NCBI RefSeq assembly: GCF_036245625.1
Contig: NZ_BTPD01000004.1
Location: 1-64,000 of the forward strand
DNA length: 64,000 nucleotides
Reading direction: 5' to 3'
Origin: Algoriphagus confluentis
GTDB taxonomy: Bacteria > Bacteroidota > Bacteroidia > Cytophagales > Cyclobacteriaceae
Positions 27,477-38,157 of the stretch are shown here, one piece after another (position 1 is the first letter of the stretch; each line of letters starts with the position of its first letter). The notes under the pieces were generated by a model that saw only the letters and a list, made by a program, of their open reading frames with translations, did not search any database and was not told the DNA's origin. Made by a program: the position numbers and the translations under genes.

Positions 27477-27892
27477 AGCTTTTTTTGGACACCAATATTA
27501 TCATTGATTTTTTGACTAATCGGACGCCATTTACCCAAGAAGCAGTATCCCTTTTTCAACTTGCTGAAGACGGAAAAATTGAGCTTTTCACCTCCACCCA
27601 CGTTTTGGCCAATACCCATTATGTTTTGAAAAAGTTTGTAGAGGACAAAAAGTGGAGAGGGACTTTACTCGAATTAGCCGAAATGATTCAGATCGCGGAT
27701 GTAACTGTAAAGGGCTTTTTGACCGCTCTAAAGTCTCATCACAGGGATTTTGAAGACGCGATACAAATCAGCACCGCAGAGCAAATTGGAGACGTGGATT
27801 ATATCATAACCCGAAATCTTAAAGATTTTAAATCCTCTTCTATTCCGGCAATTTCAATTCAGGAGTTGATGAGAATACTTTCTGGAAAGTAA
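27473..27892 (+). CDS. PIN-domain toxin, paralogue of 2230-2649
   Basis: MKLFLDTNIIIDFL...DFEDAIQ...ITRNLKDF. PIN acidic residues are conserved. Confidence 0.6.
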   Translation: MKLFLDTNIIIDFLTNRTPFTQEAVSLFQLAEDGKIELFTSTHVLANTHYVLKKFVEDKKWRGTLLELAEMIQIADVTVKGFLTALKSHHRDFEDAIQISTAEQIGDVDYIITRNLKDFKSSSIPAISIQELMRILSGK

Positions 27893-27906
27893 AACCACGC
27901 CAAAAA

Positions 27907-28473
27907 TCAAGGAACCAACCAAGCCCCTTTCCAATCCTTATCCTTGGAAAACATCACCCGAAAGTGCCCTTCTCTTCGAAGCTGTAAAACCTCGATTTCC
28001 ATCGGAGAAAATTCCAAGACGCAGCAAAAGTGATTCTCCGGATTACTTACTGTCCAGCCATCTTCAGGAAGGGAAATGAGTGTTCCCGGAGCTTGGGCAC
28101 CGGTATATTCTGACCTTCGGTGGACGGGAATTATTTTCCATATTTCTTTAGCCAAGTCATCCTGAAAATGAAGCTTAGCTTGAGTCTTTACCCGGATTTG
28201 AACCTGCTTTTTGGGATGGTAGAAATGAAGCGTCGCATTCGGGTTGGACTTCAAATCCGAACATTTCTCGGATCGGTAATCGGTGTAGACAAAAAAGTGA
28301 AGTTCCTCACTTACCTTTCTTAGCACCACCGTTCGAACTGAGGGAAAATCACCGGAAACCGTCCCCAAATTCACCCAATGAAAGGGGTGCTTGACATCCA
28401 AAGCCCCGCGATGTAATTCGTGCTTGACCGCTTGCCAGATTTCTTCCAAAGTATCTGTTTCCTGAAAAAGCAT
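27907..28473 (-). CDS. Pyridoxamine 5'-phosphate oxidase-like FMN-binding family protein
   Basis: 188 aa with split-barrel-like motifs RTVVLRKV...LHFFVYTDYRS.K...NP...LHFY. Confidence 0.5.
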   Translation of the reverse strand: MLFQETDTLEEIWQAVKHELHRGALDVKHPFHWVNLGTVSGDFPSVRTVVLRKVSEELHFFVYTDYRSEKCSDLKSNPNATLHFYHPKKQVQIRVKTQAKLHFQDDLAKEIWKIIPVHRRSEYTGAQAPGTLISLPEDGWTVSNPENHFCCVLEFSPMEIEVLQLRREGHFRVMFSKDKDWKGAWLVP

Positions 28474-28655
28474 TATTGCTCGATCGAGTTAGCTTCAAAA
28501 TAAACCAATTCTCCCTCTTCAAACTCCACCTGAAGCTCTATGGGATTGCAGCAAACTTCGCAATCCTCAATGTACTCCTGCCTGGAAACCGAGGGATCAA
28601 GCAACATAGAAATCTCCTGAAAGCAATGGGGACATTGGAAGTAGTGTTCGTGCAT
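28473..28655 (-). CDS. Small cysteine-rich zinc-ribbon protein
   Basis: 60 aa with CPHC...CEVCC, i.e. two Cys pairs. It is translationally coupled to the PNPOx-like gene. Confidence 0.45.
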   Translation of the reverse strand: MHEHYFQCPHCFQEISMLLDPSVSRQEYIEDCEVCCNPIELQVEFEEGELVYFEANSIEQ

Positions 28656-28717
28656 GATGTAAAAACCTGTGAGGATGGAAAAAGTTAAGGCCTGGAATTG
28701 TGATCCAGGCCTTAATC

Positions 28718-31700
28718 TTAGTCCTTCTTCGGCCCTAAAATCGGAATTTTTTGGTCGATCATGGACTTTTCTAAGGCTTGGGTAGAAGCCATTACCCCTT
28801 CGACTTGCCCTTTGACTTTTTCATAAACATCCATAAGATCTTTGACTCGTTGCTTTTGGCCCTCGGTGATCGGAGGTTCACCTTCATTGATTGCTCCATA
28901 GATATGCAAGAGGTCGGCATCCAGTTTATTCGGGAAGTTGATTACATCCTGGAAGGTCTTCTGCTTAGTCTGAATCAATTCTGACTCAGCTTCATCGATA
29001 GCTGTCAGCACTTCTTTGGCCTGATTATGCCAAGCCTCATACTTTTCTGAATCGACTCGGATCTTCAAATCAGTGATTTGTGCTCGAATACTGCGTAAAT
29101 CTTCAGCCATCGAACGGGTATCCATGATCGCCTCTCGAAGGCTCGTCAACTGAGCATCCTGCTCTTGGTATTGAGCCGCCATAACCGTCCATCTTGGATC
29201 AGGTTTTACTTCGATTTCCTTGCTGATTTCTTGGTCCCCGTAGCGCATCACCAATTTGTATTTACCGGGAATTACACGCTGAGCAGAAGAACCAATTCCA
29301 GAAAATACTCCTTTAACTGACTCAAAGGAATCCAAACTCAAATCCCAGTTCAGGCGATTCATACCAGTTCTCTTCTTGATTTTCCCGGTTTTGGCTTCCG
29401 AATCGGTCGTGAATTTGCGTAGCACTTTTCCTCTCATATTCTGAAATTCGGCTTCCAAAAGCACCGAATCCACATTTTCTTTTAGGTAATACATCACTGA
29501 AAATCCGGGATAAGGATTTTGCCCTACTTGGGGATCATTTCCACGGAAAGCAAAATCACGAATCGCAGCCTCAGGTTCGTAAACGTAGAAGTCAGCGTCT
29601 GCGGCAGCTTTCAGTTCATACAGCGGATTCAAATCATCCATCACCCAAAATGCCCTTCCGGAAGTGGCGATAATCATATCATTATCCTGAATCATCAGGT
29701 CATTGATGGGCACTACCGGCAGATTCTGCTGGAATTTTTCCCATTGTTGGCCTCCATTGAAAGAGACATAGAGACCAGTTTCTGTTCCAGCATAAAGCAA
29801 GTCCTTTTGGTTAGGATCTTCCCGCACCACTCGAACAAAAGCTTCCTCCGCAATACCATTCACCAAGCGGGTCCATGTGGCGCCGTAATCGGTCGATTTG
29901 AAAATATGAGGGGTGAAGTCATTGTATTTGTAACTGGTAAAGGCCACATAAACGGTCGCTGGATCATGAGGAGATACCTCGATCTGATTGACCATGCCTT
30001 CCGGAGTATTGGGGATGGTGATATTGGACCAGCTTTGGCCTCCATCTTGGGTGACATGAAGCAAACCATCATCCGCACCAGCATACAAGACCTCTGGAGT
30101 ATGAGGAGATTCTGCCAAATACATAATCGTGTGGAAAACCTCTCCACCGGCTCCCTCATTGGTAATCGGTCCTCCGCCATATTCCAAATGGGCTGGATCA
30201 TTTTTAGTCAGATCCGGATAAACTTCCTCCCAGCTTAAGCCACGGTTGGTCGTCTTCAAGATCACATTTCCAGCATGGTAAATCACCGAAGGATCATGCT
30301 TGGAAGCGATGATGGGTGCATTCCAGTTGAAGCGATACTTGACTTCGGCTGGCTTGGAAGCCAAGCCCTGGTAAGGATAGGCCATCACGTCCTTTTCCTG
30401 CTTGGTCTTTGCATTCCACTCAGTAATAATCCCTTGATAGCAACCCGAATAGATAAAAATAGGGTTTTCCGGATCGAAAGCAGAGTAAGCCGATTCACAA
30501 CCACCCACAGGATAAAACTCCTCCCAACCAATTCCTGAACCATTGGCGCGGGAAGCAATGGATACGGAAGAATTGTCCTGCTGACCTCCATAAATGCGAT
30601 AAGGGAATTGCTTATCCACATTCACGCGGTAGAATTGAGCGGTGGGCTGATTGTCCTGACGAGACCAATTTTTTCCACCATCGATGGTGACATTTCCTCC
30701 TCCATCATTGGCATTGACCATGTATTGGGGATGCATAGGGTTGATCCAAAGCGCATGATTATCTCCGTGTTGGGTTTGCAGATTTACAAAAGTCTTACCC
30801 CCATCCTTGGACTCCACCAAAGGCGCATTCATGATGTAGACTGTCTCAGGCTCGGTAGGATGAGCCAAAATATGCATGTAATACCAAGAGCGTGCGCGAA
30901 GCAATCGGTCTTCATTGACCAATTTCCAGGTTTTTCCTGCATCATCGGATCGATATAGGCCTCCGTCTTCTGCTTCGATAATTGCCCAGACGATATTGTT
31001 ATTGGCACGGGAAACTGAAATCCCGATTTTCCCCATCACTCCTTTAGGAAGACCTTCGCTCAGCTTGGTCCAAGTTTTCCCCATATCCGAAGACTTGTAG
31101 ATTCCCGAACCCGGACCTCCACTTTGGACTTTCCAAGGGAAGCGGCGATGATCCCAGTAAGCGGCATAGATCATTCGTGGATTGGTCATGTCCATGCTGA
31201 GGTCGGAAACTCCCGAGTTTTCGTCCACATAATGGACCTTCTTCCAAGTTTCCCCTCCATCCTCAGAGCGGTAGATTCCCCGGGCATCGGTTGCACCGTA
31301 GGGACTTCCCTGTCCGCCGACGATAACCAGATCCGGATTGCTTGGATGAACCACAATTTTGGAGATTTGTCGGATTTCGGAAAGCCCCATGTGCTTCCAG
31401 GTTTTTCCTCCATCCACTGATTTGTAGACTCCATCTCCATGAGATGTCATCACTCCCCGAACGGGAGCTTCTCCCATCCCTACATAGACTACATTCGGAT
31501 CTGACTCTGCTACGGTAATCGCACCGACAGAAGCGGTTCCGAAAAAACCATCGGAGACATTAAACCAGCTTTCACCGGCATCGGTGGTCTTCCAGACCCC
31601 CCCGACCGAACCTTGATAAAAAGTCAAGGGTTCCTGAACTACACCTGCTACTGCGGTGGCTCTACCTCCTCTGAATGGCCCCACGAGACGAAACTCCATG

Positions 31701-31834
31701 GCATTGTAAAGAGCGGTGTCAAAAGTTGCTGCCGGAGCAGTCTCGTTTTTCTTTTTGGATTTCTGTGAAAAGACACTTTCGGGTGAAAAAAGCAAAAGCA
31801 ATCCCAGCAAAATGGGGATGAATTTAAATCGCAT
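28718..31834 (-). CDS. BNR/Asp-box repeat (sortilin/VPS10-like) glycosyl-hydrolase-like secreted protein
   Basis: Signal peptide and many Asp-box repeats: SVDGGKTW, SEDGGETW, SSDMGKTW, SDDAGKTW, SKDGGKTF, IDGGKNW, TQDGGQSW and STDYGATW. Total 1038 aa. Confidence 0.7.
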   Translation of the reverse strand: MRFKFIPILLGLLLLFSPESVFSQKSKKKNETAPAATFDTALYNAMEFRLVGPFRGGRATAVAGVVQEPLTFYQGSVGGVWKTTDAGESWFNVSDGFFGTASVGAITVAESDPNVVYVGMGEAPVRGVMTSHGDGVYKSVDGGKTWKHMGLSEIRQISKIVVHPSNPDLVIVGGQGSPYGATDARGIYRSEDGGETWKKVHYVDENSGVSDLSMDMTNPRMIYAAYWDHRRFPWKVQSGGPGSGIYKSSDMGKTWTKLSEGLPKGVMGKIGISVSRANNNIVWAIIEAEDGGLYRSDDAGKTWKLVNEDRLLRARSWYYMHILAHPTEPETVYIMNAPLVESKDGGKTFVNLQTQHGDNHALWINPMHPQYMVNANDGGGNVTIDGGKNWSRQDNQPTAQFYRVNVDKQFPYRIYGGQQDNSSVSIASRANGSGIGWEEFYPVGGCESAYSAFDPENPIFIYSGCYQGIITEWNAKTKQEKDVMAYPYQGLASKPAEVKYRFNWNAPIIASKHDPSVIYHAGNVILKTTNRGLSWEEVYPDLTKNDPAHLEYGGGPITNEGAGGEVFHTIMYLAESPHTPEVLYAGADDGLLHVTQDGGQSWSNITIPNTPEGMVNQIEVSPHDPATVYVAFTSYKYNDFTPHIFKSTDYGATWTRLVNGIAEEAFVRVVREDPNQKDLLYAGTETGLYVSFNGGQQWEKFQQNLPVVPINDLMIQDNDMIIATSGRAFWVMDDLNPLYELKAAADADFYVYEPEAAIRDFAFRGNDPQVGQNPYPGFSVMYYLKENVDSVLLEAEFQNMRGKVLRKFTTDSEAKTGKIKKRTGMNRLNWDLSLDSFESVKGVFSGIGSSAQRVIPGKYKLVMRYGDQEISKEIEVKPDPRWTVMAAQYQEQDAQLTSLREAIMDTRSMAEDLRSIRAQITDLKIRVDSEKYEAWHNQAKEVLTAIDEAESELIQTKQKTFQDVINFPNKLDADLLHIYGAINEGEPPITEGQKQRVKDLMDVYEKVKGQVEGVMASTQALEKSMIDQKIPILGPKKD

Positions 31835-31925
31835 GATTGTTTGGGTTTGGTGGTAAGCAGTAATTTACAAAAGGCTGGGAAAAGTTGGGATAAAAAGTAA
31901 AGTCAAGAGAAAAGAAATAGACAAT

Positions 31926-31985
31926 TGACGGAGTTTACATGAATTCCGTCACCTTACTGACGGAATTAACGTGAATTCAGTCAGT
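31926..31985. promoter_or_regulatory. Tandem pair of 26-bp dyad-symmetric elements upstream of the BNR-protein gene
   Basis: TGACGGAGTTTACATGAATTCCGTCA and TGACGGAATTAACGTGAATTCAGTCA. Each is an imperfect palindrome TGACGGA...TCCGTCA. They are direct repeats of each other, with starts 30 bp apart and a 4-bp gap between them. Confidence 0.4.
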
Positions 31986-32084
31986 TAAATGCTAGAACCT
32001 CAAAAATCTCCCGCTTCTTGGCCAAAATTCTATCATGAAGCAAGGTTTGAATTGATTCATTCGGGAAATGAAATGGCTTGGATT

Positions 32085-32128
32085 GGGGGATAAAAACAAC
32101 CCCCGACCTCAATACGAGATCGGGGGTT
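32085..32128 (-). terminator. Rho-independent terminator of clpB
   Basis: On the minus strand, the hairpin CCCCCGATCTCGTATTGAGGTCGGGGG is followed by TTGTTTTTAT. Confidence 0.65.
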
Positions 32129-32150
32129 TAAAATGATCAGTAAAATGGAT

Positions 32151-34775
32151 TTACTCCACCTCAACAGCAGCGTCTACATTTTTGAAGTACACTTGCTTAT
32201 CAGCATCCAAATCCACCAAGACCGCTGAGTCATTCTTGATGTAGCCTGCCAAAATCTGCTTGGAAAGCTCATTTAAAATCAAACGCTGCATGGTCCTTTT
32301 CAAAGGTCTCGCACCAAACTGTGAATCAAATCCTACTTCCCCAAGATAATCCAAAACTTCTTTGGTTGCCTCTATCTCAATGTTGGATTCAGAAAGCCGC
32401 TTTTGGATTTCTCTCCATTGGATGTCGACGATTTTACGAATGATCTGCTTGTTGAGCGGCTCAAACATAATCGTTTCATCGATTCGGTTGAGGAATTCCG
32501 GTCGTACTGTCTTCTTAAGCAAATCGAAGACTTCTGTTTTGGTTTTTTCAAGAATTTCCTCTTTGTTCCACTCCTCCATCTCAGCAAATCGCTCCTGAAT
32601 CAGATGCGAACCGATATTCGTGGTCAGAATGATAATCGTATTCTTGAAATTGGCGATACGACCCTTATTGTCGGTCAAACGGCCATCATCCAGTACTTGT
32701 AGGAGAACGTTAAAGACATCCGGATGGGCTTTTTCGATCTCATCCAGCAAGATGACGGAGTAAGGCTTTCTCCTTACGGCTTCTGTTAATTGGCCTCCTT
32801 CATCATAACCAACGTATCCCGGAGGTGCTCCCACCAATCGGCTGACTGCATGTCGTTCTTGGTACTCCGACATATCGATACGCACCATTGCATTTTCGTC
32901 ATTGAAAAGGTATTCCGCCAAGGCTTTCGCCAATTCGGTCTTTCCGACCCCGGTAGTACCCATAAAGATAAAACTCCCAATCGGACGCTTTGGATCCTGC
33001 AAACCTGCACGACTTCTGCGAACCGCATCGGACAAGGCTGCAATGGCTTCCCGCTGACCGGCAACTCTTTTTCCAAGCTCATCTTCCAAATGAAGTAGCT
33101 TTTCCCGCTCGGATTGGATCATTTTCGAAACCGGAATTCCGGTCCATTTGGATACGACAGAGGCGATGTCTTCCTGATCCACTTCTTCTTTGAGAAGGGG
33201 GGAACCAGCCTGCATTTCTGCCAATTGGCTTTTGAAGGATTCGAGCTTTTTCTCAGCCTCGACGATTTTGCCGTAACGGATCTCAGCTACTTTTCCAAAA
33301 TCCCCTGCACGCTCGGCTTGTTCCGCTTCCAATTTCAGTTTTTCGATGGCCTCTTTTTCACGCTGAATGCCCATGATCACGGCTTTCTCGCTTTCCCATT
33401 TGGCTTTTACGGACTGTCTCTTTTCGGACAATTCTGCGATTTCTTTACTCAAAACCACCTCCTTATCCTTATTATTTTCCCGTCGAATTGCTTCTCGCTC
33501 GATTTCCAGTTGCATAATTCTCCGGTTGAGTTCGTCCAGCTCTTGAGGCAAAGAATCGATCTCCATTCTCAGTTTAGCAGCTGCCTCATCCATCAAGTCG
33601 ATGGCTTTATCGGGCAAGAATCGATCTGAAATGTATCGCTGCGAAAGCTCAACAGCCGCAATGACCGCATCGTCTTTGATTCGAACCCCATGGTGAAGTT
33701 CATACTTATCCTTGATGCCTCGAAGGATGGAAATGGCGTCTGCTGCATCCGGTTCATCCACGATCACGGCTTGGAATCTTCGCTCCAATGCTTTGTCCTT
33801 CTCGATGTATTTTTGGTACTCCTTTAGCGTAGTCGCACCGATGGCATGGAGTTCACCACGTGCCAAAGCTGGCTTGAGCAAGTTGGCTGCATCCATGGCC
33901 CCTTCTCCTCCACCTCCTGCACCGATCAAAGTATGGATCTCATCGATAAAGAGAATGATCTCTCCATCCGAATCCGTCACTTCCTTGATCACCGCCTTAA
34001 GTCGCTCCTCAAATTCTCCCTTATATTTAGCGCCTGCGACCAGCAAGCCCATGTCCAGAGAGATCAGGGATTTACTTTTCAGATTTTCCGGCACGTCACC
34101 GGAGACGATTCGCTGTGCCAGTCCCTCGACGATCGCTGTCTTACCCACACCGGGTTCTCCGAGGAGAATAGGGTTGTTTTTGGTGCGTCTTGCCAGGATC
34201 TGCAGCACCCGTCTGATTTCTTCATCTCGGCCGATGACCGGGTCGATTTTACCCTTTTTGGCCAATTCGTTCAGGTTTTTGGAGTACTTCTCTAAAGCCC
34301 TGTATTTGCTTTCTGCATTGGGATCGGTCACTTTATTGCCTTTTCTAAGTTCTTTGATAGCTTCGATGAGGGACTTTTCAGCCAATCCCTGATCTTTCAA
34401 AAGCTGGGAAGTAGCTTCGTTTCCTGCCAAAATCCCCAAGAGCAAGTGCTCTATGGCGACAAATTCGTCCCCGAAAGTCTTGAGGTAATCTTTGGCTTTG
34501 GTCAAAGCCTGATTAGCCGGCCCGGATAGATAGGGCTGCTGATTGGCTCCACTGACTTTGGGAAGTTTACTCAATTGCTCCTCGAGCTTTTGCGTGAGTA
34601 GTTGCTTATTGACACCAAGTTTTTTGAACACAAAATCGGTGACATTTTCATCCTCAGAAAACACCCCTTTAAGCAAATGCGCTGGTTCGATGTTGGGTTG
34701 CCCCGATGCCATCGCCAACTCCGCAGCTTTTTGGATTGCCTCTTGAGACTTAATCGTGAATTGCTTAAAATCCAT
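32151..34775 (-). CDS. clpB: ATP-dependent chaperone ClpB
   Basis: 874 aa with two AAA+ modules (GEPGVGKT and GTTGVGKT Walker A motifs), a middle coiled coil and an N-terminal Clp_N domain. Confidence 0.9.
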   Translation of the reverse strand: MDFKQFTIKSQEAIQKAAELAMASGQPNIEPAHLLKGVFSEDENVTDFVFKKLGVNKQLLTQKLEEQLSKLPKVSGANQQPYLSGPANQALTKAKDYLKTFGDEFVAIEHLLLGILAGNEATSQLLKDQGLAEKSLIEAIKELRKGNKVTDPNAESKYRALEKYSKNLNELAKKGKIDPVIGRDEEIRRVLQILARRTKNNPILLGEPGVGKTAIVEGLAQRIVSGDVPENLKSKSLISLDMGLLVAGAKYKGEFEERLKAVIKEVTDSDGEIILFIDEIHTLIGAGGGGEGAMDAANLLKPALARGELHAIGATTLKEYQKYIEKDKALERRFQAVIVDEPDAADAISILRGIKDKYELHHGVRIKDDAVIAAVELSQRYISDRFLPDKAIDLMDEAAAKLRMEIDSLPQELDELNRRIMQLEIEREAIRRENNKDKEVVLSKEIAELSEKRQSVKAKWESEKAVIMGIQREKEAIEKLKLEAEQAERAGDFGKVAEIRYGKIVEAEKKLESFKSQLAEMQAGSPLLKEEVDQEDIASVVSKWTGIPVSKMIQSEREKLLHLEDELGKRVAGQREAIAALSDAVRRSRAGLQDPKRPIGSFIFMGTTGVGKTELAKALAEYLFNDENAMVRIDMSEYQERHAVSRLVGAPPGYVGYDEGGQLTEAVRRKPYSVILLDEIEKAHPDVFNVLLQVLDDGRLTDNKGRIANFKNTIIILTTNIGSHLIQERFAEMEEWNKEEILEKTKTEVFDLLKKTVRPEFLNRIDETIMFEPLNKQIIRKIVDIQWREIQKRLSESNIEIEATKEVLDYLGEVGFDSQFGARPLKRTMQRLILNELSKQILAGYIKNDSAVLVDLDADKQVYFKNVDAAVEVE

Positions 34776-34949
34776 GTATTGCTAGTGGTTTAGTTGCTTG
34801 ATCTTTTCTATACCACTCCCAATAACAAAACCACCTCCAATCTATTTTTTCAGCCAAAATGTCTGCAAAAGAGAGGTAAAATGCCTTGATGAGGAAATTT
34901 TGACAGAAAATCAAATGAAAACGAAATATTTTTTTGGACTTCTTTTGAA

Positions 34950-34984
34950 CAAAAAAGCTCCCGACTCGAAGGAATCAGGAGCTA
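34950..34984 (-). terminator. Terminator of the dipeptidase gene
   Basis: Minus-strand hairpin AGCTCCTGATTCC-TTCGAG-TCGGGAGCT followed by TTTTTT. Confidence 0.6.
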
Positions 34985-35005
34985 TCTGAGCATCTAATTT
35001 TACAA

Positions 35006-36256
35006 TCAGCCTTGGCTGGCAGCGAAATCCTCTACCGCTTTCCAAACCCTGAAAATATTTTTATAGCAGATCTTCTCTATGTCCTCCTTGGAATAGCCTC
35101 TTTTCAGCAATTCTGCAATTAGGTTGGGGAACATGGATACATCCTTTAATCCGGTCGGCAAGGAATCCCCCACCCCATCGAAATCAGAACCCAAGCCGAC
35201 GTAATCAATTCCTACCAAATCAACCACATGGTCGATATGGTCGGCTACCCGCTGTACCGTTGGGAAGGGATTATTGGCTGCTGCATAAGCTTCAGCATAG
35301 GCTCTGAAAGAAGAATCGGACCGGCTAAGGTTGTTTTCGGCCATATAATTCACCAAATGCTCCCGAACCTTGGCTGATCCGGCAGCATAGGCAGAATCGA
35401 TAAAGCTTCCTCCAAAATTGATCATCATCACTCCACCGTTTTTGGCCATGGCCTGAATCAGTTCGTCGCTCATGTTTCGCTCAAAACCCGGAGTGAACTT
35501 CCTGACAGAGGAGTGGGATGCGATCACCGGAACTTGGGTGATGGCCAAGGCGTCCCGAAAGGTATTATCCGAAACATGGCTCAAGTCCACCATAATTCCT
35601 ACACGATTCATTTCAGCCACTACTTTTTCCCCAAATTCACTCAGTCCTCCGTGAGTACCCGTAGAATCATAGCTAGCATCACCGATCAGATTATCCTTCC
35701 CATGAGTCAAAGTGATGTAGCGAATTCCTCTTTTGTGAAAGTATTCCACATTGGCCAAGTCATCCTCGATGCCAGCACCGTTCTCCATTCCCATGGGTAG
35801 AGAAATCAGCCCTTTGGCAAAATTGGCTTCAATATCTGCCGGGCTATATGCCATGGCAAACTTATCCGGGAAAGTAGCCGCCAATCGTTCGGTCATCAAA
35901 ATCAGGGAATCGGCTAATGCCTTGGATGCTCCGGAAATAGCCTGATTTCCAGCTGGAATATAGATAGACATAAAAGGGGCATCCAATCCCCCCTCTTTGG
36001 AGCGGGGATAGTCAAAATTTCCATCTGGAGTACGGACTGACACGTCCAAAATCTCCCTCTGAAGTGTAAATCCCCCCACTTTCATCCGATAGGGCAAATC
36101 CACATGTCCATCCACCATGATGGTGGATTGGGCGATTTCTTTGGCAATTTCCAAACGCTCTGCATCGGAGAGTTGGGTGTAATCGATTTGAGGACTTTTG
36201 GTTTCGCAGGAAAAGATCATTCCCGCTAGAGCAATTAGGCTAAGGTATTTTTTCAT
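35006..36256 (-). CDS. Membrane dipeptidase (peptidase family M19) lipoprotein
   Basis: Lipoprotein signal IALAGMIFSC, the metal-binding start VDGHVDLP and a renal-dipeptidase-like length. Confidence 0.7.
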   Translation of the reverse strand: MKKYLSLIALAGMIFSCETKSPQIDYTQLSDAERLEIAKEIAQSTIMVDGHVDLPYRMKVGGFTLQREILDVSVRTPDGNFDYPRSKEGGLDAPFMSIYIPAGNQAISGASKALADSLILMTERLAATFPDKFAMAYSPADIEANFAKGLISLPMGMENGAGIEDDLANVEYFHKRGIRYITLTHGKDNLIGDASYDSTGTHGGLSEFGEKVVAEMNRVGIMVDLSHVSDNTFRDALAITQVPVIASHSSVRKFTPGFERNMSDELIQAMAKNGGVMMINFGGSFIDSAYAAGSAKVREHLVNYMAENNLSRSDSSFRAYAEAYAAANNPFPTVQRVADHIDHVVDLVGIDYVGLGSDFDGVGDSLPTGLKDVSMFPNLIAELLKRGYSKEDIEKICYKNIFRVWKAVEDFAASQG

Positions 36257-36426
36257 ATGGTGGTTTTTTCAAAGCTAAAACTAGAAGTATTCTGAAGTCG
36301 GTCGTCAAAATATCCATAAATGGCTAATAAAACAGAATTTTCTTTGAGTACCTATTGATGCTAGAGCAAGGGATCAGAACAAACGATAGATTTTGTGTAA
36401 ATTTCCTTTCCACCAACCCACCGATC

Positions 36427-38154
36427 ATGAAAAATTTACTTGGCCTTTTTCTGCTACACTTACTTTTGGGAGCTTGTCAGCCCTCAACCGACTCCCCAGT
36501 CTCTGTTTTTATAGAAGAATCTCTCCAGGAGGACCTGAAAGACGGTCGGTTACTTCTAATTTTTTCTACCAACCATGAAGCTGAACCGAGATTCGGAATC
36601 AGTGACAATGTGGGGACAAATCAGGTTTTTGGGATGGACTTTGAAAACTATCAGGCGGGGGAATCCTTGGTTTTTGACCCTGAGAGCTTTGGATACCCAA
36701 TCGAAAGCTTGGCAGATATTCCAGAGGGAGAATACACCGTTCAGGCTTTCATCCAGAAATACGAGACCTTTACCCGATCAGACGGCCATGTGGTCAAGCT
36801 ACCCATGGATCAAGGGGAAGGCAGGCAATGGGCCCGAGCTCCAAAAAATATCTACTCCACTCCCAAAAAAATCACTTGGGAAAAAGGAGCTGAGCTTTCC
36901 CTGACCTTGGACCAGATCATCCCTTCAGTCACCGAACCGGAAGACACCCCATACATCAAGCATATCAAAATCAAATCAGAGAAATTGTCTGAATTTTGGG
37001 GGAGGGATATGTATTTGGGTGCCCATGTCTTGCTTCCTGAAGGATTTGAAGAAAATCCAAATCAGTATTATCCCCTGATGATTTATCACGGGCACTTCCC
37101 ATCTGACTTTGGAGGATTCCGTACAAGCCCACCAGATCCCAACTTGGGAGAGGATGACTACAGCGCGAGATTCGGCATTTATGGGTATGAGAAAATGCAA
37201 CAGCAAGAGGCTTATGATTTCTACCAGCAATGGATTTCTCCCGACTTCAAGCGATTCCTAGTGATCGAAATCCAGCATGCCAACCCATACTACGATGACA
37301 GCTATGCCGTGAATTCGGCCAATTTGGGTCCCTATGGCGATGCAATCACCTACGAGCTCATTCCTTATATCGAGAAGGAGTTTCGGGGAATCGGAGAAGG
37401 ATGGGCCCGGTTTCTTTATGGAGGATCTACGGGCGGCTGGGAGGCATTGGCTGTGCAGGTTTTTTATCCGGATGAATATAATGGGTGCTTTGCCGCATGT
37501 CCAGACCCGATTGATTTCAGAGCCTACACATCCATCAACCTCTATGAGGACAAAAATGCCTATTTCAAAGAGGGAAATTTCAGAAAGACCCCACGTCCAG
37601 GACACCGGAATTACCTGGGGCATGTCAATGCCATGGTCATAGATATGAACCACCGAGAGCTGGCATTGGGAGGAGAAAAAAGCCGGTCCGGAGATCAGTT
37701 TGACATTTGGCAGGCGGTCTACTCCCCTGTAGGAGAAGATGGGTATCCCAAGCCAATCTGGGATAAATACACCGGAGAGATCGACTCAGAGGTAGCAGCA
37801 TATTGGAGAGAAAACTTCGATCTGAGGTACATCATGGAGAGAGATTGGGCTACGCTTGGACCCAAACTGGAAGGAAAAATCAGGATTTATTGCGGGGATA
37901 TGGACAATTACTATCTCAACAATGCAGTGTACCTTACCGAAGAATTTTTAGAAAAAACCGAGAACCCTTTTTACGCTGGAGAGGTTGCTTATGGTGATCG
38001 GGCTGAGCATTGCTGGAACGGAGATCCCAATCTACCCAACTACATCACCAGACTTCGGTACAATACCATGTATTTGGATAAAATTGCCGAACGACTTCAG
38101 CAAACAGCCCCACCTTCTTTTAATCAAAACAACTGGACACTAACCAAAAACTAA
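36427..38154 (+). CDS. Alpha/beta-hydrolase (esterase-like) lipoprotein
   Basis: Lipoprotein signal LLLGAC and a GxSxG-type nucleophile elbow FLYGGSTGGWEA. Overall esterase-like. Start chosen at MKNLLG. Confidence 0.45.
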   Translation: MKNLLGLFLLHLLLGACQPSTDSPVSVFIEESLQEDLKDGRLLLIFSTNHEAEPRFGISDNVGTNQVFGMDFENYQAGESLVFDPESFGYPIESLADIPEGEYTVQAFIQKYETFTRSDGHVVKLPMDQGEGRQWARAPKNIYSTPKKITWEKGAELSLTLDQIIPSVTEPEDTPYIKHIKIKSEKLSEFWGRDMYLGAHVLLPEGFEENPNQYYPLMIYHGHFPSDFGGFRTSPPDPNLGEDDYSARFGIYGYEKMQQQEAYDFYQQWISPDFKRFLVIEIQHANPYYDDSYAVNSANLGPYGDAITYELIPYIEKEFRGIGEGWARFLYGGSTGGWEALAVQVFYPDEYNGCFAACPDPIDFRAYTSINLYEDKNAYFKEGNFRKTPRPGHRNYLGHVNAMVIDMNHRELALGGEKSRSGDQFDIWQAVYSPVGEDGYPKPIWDKYTGEIDSEVAAYWRENFDLRYIMERDWATLGPKLEGKIRIYCGDMDNYYLNNAVYLTEEFLEKTENPFYAGEVAYGDRAEHCWNGDPNLPNYITRLRYNTMYLDKIAERLQQTAPPSFNQNNWTLTKN

Positions 38155-38157
38155 ACA

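Noticed and set aside
29519-30238. 239-aa plus-strand ORF inside the BNR-repeat gene (plus others at 29860-31440)
   Set aside because: Antisense to a 1038-aa gene with clear Asp-box repeats.
33114-34392. Plus-strand ORFs of 171, 226 and 149 aa antisense to clpB
   Set aside because: clpB is unambiguous. These are shadow frames.
36355-36426. Upstream extension (MMLEQGIRTNDRF...) of the esterase-like gene
   Set aside because: The lipoprotein signal begins at MKNLLG. The extension has no signal-peptide character and is probably non-coding.
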